DNA from: an uncultured bacterium
Lineage (GTDB): Bacteria > Verrucomicrobiota > Verrucomicrobiia > Limisphaerales > UBA8199
Length of the DNA: 64,000 bases
Reading direction: 5' to 3'
Assembly: GCA_963749495.1 (NCBI GenBank)
Contig: CAVVMW010000014.1
Span: 128,001 to 192,000 of the forward strand
A model generated the notes under the pieces. The model worked only from the letters and a program-made list of their open reading frames with translations, was not told the DNA's origin and did not search any database. How positions within the stretch are numbered: position 1 is the first letter of the stretch; each line of letters opens with the position of its first letter. The position numbers and the translations under genes were made by a program. This document shows positions 63,519-64,000 of the stretch, piece after piece.

Positions 63519-64000
63519 ATGACTCCGACGATGTTCGATCTGGTCAATGGGATTCCCAGCCTGGGGTCCTATGCCCGGGTGTTCGCCGAGATCGAGGCGG
63601 TCATGAGCCACGCCAACAGCACCCTGGCCGATTTGGGCGAGGTCATCGAGAAGGACCCGGACATGACGGCCCGGCTTTTGAAACTGGCCAACAGCAGCTT
63701 TTTCGGCTTTCCCAGCCGCCTGGAGACCGTTGCCGAGGCCGTGAGCGTCATCGGCATCCACCCGGTGCAGGACCTAATCCTGGCCTCGAGCGTTGTGGAA
63801 TGGTTCGAGGGCATCGGGGCGGACCTGGCGGACATGGAATCGTTTTGGAGACACTCGCTGGCGTGCGGGATCGGGGCGCGGTGCCTGGCGGTTGCCCGGC
63901 AAATGCCCAAGGCCGAGAAGTTCTTTGTGTTGGGCCTGTTGCACGACTTGGGGCGGCTGGTCCTTTATTGCCGCGCCCCGGACCAGGCGGTCAAGATCTT
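63519..64000 (+). CDS. HDOD-domain protein (runs off the window)
   Basis: IEKDPDMTARLLKLANSSFFG, FWRHSLACG, GLLHDLG. Confidence 0.88.
   Translation, partial: MTPTMFDLVNGIPSLGSYARVFAEIEAVMSHANSTLADLGEVIEKDPDMTARLLKLANSSFFGFPSRLETVAEAVSVIGIHPVQDLILASSVVEWFEGIGADLADMESFWRHSLACGIGARCLAVARQMPKAEKFFVLGLLHDLGRLVLYCRAPDQAVKI

Noticed and set aside
1..64000. tRNA, rRNA or riboswitch genes
   Set aside because: None recognisable by eye; a covariance-model scan would be needed to exclude them.

Overview
A GC-rich bacterial chromosomal window, most likely Verrucomicrobiota of the Pedosphaera/Limisphaera type. This is inferred from GloVer-type repeats, a prepilin-like H-X9-DG protein and Ig/'FYRV'-tailed secreted proteins. 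Housekeeping genes (dapF, phoB/phoR-like pair, rpsP-khpA-trmD-rplS, hisS, HU/IHF, pyrK-pyrD) alternate with large secreted glycosidases, peptidases and esterases. Accessory content includes a Sec-signal Rhs toxin locus, a four-gene IS21, IS91-like and RAYT remnants, and many REP/MITE-like palindromes and short tandem repeats. Isolated single-base frameshifts in many genes are probably long-read errors. The top finding is a compact 2,938-bp large-serine-recombinase element (26410-29347). It is inserted at the central GG of a REP palindrome, and an empty copy of that REP lies at 57132-57330. Its first gene lacks a good start when integrated, but joining the two ends in silico supplies an in-frame ATG overlapping the recombinase stop codon. 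This suggests an excision-dependent genetic switch. The recombinase's catalytic serine codon reads Leu in this copy.
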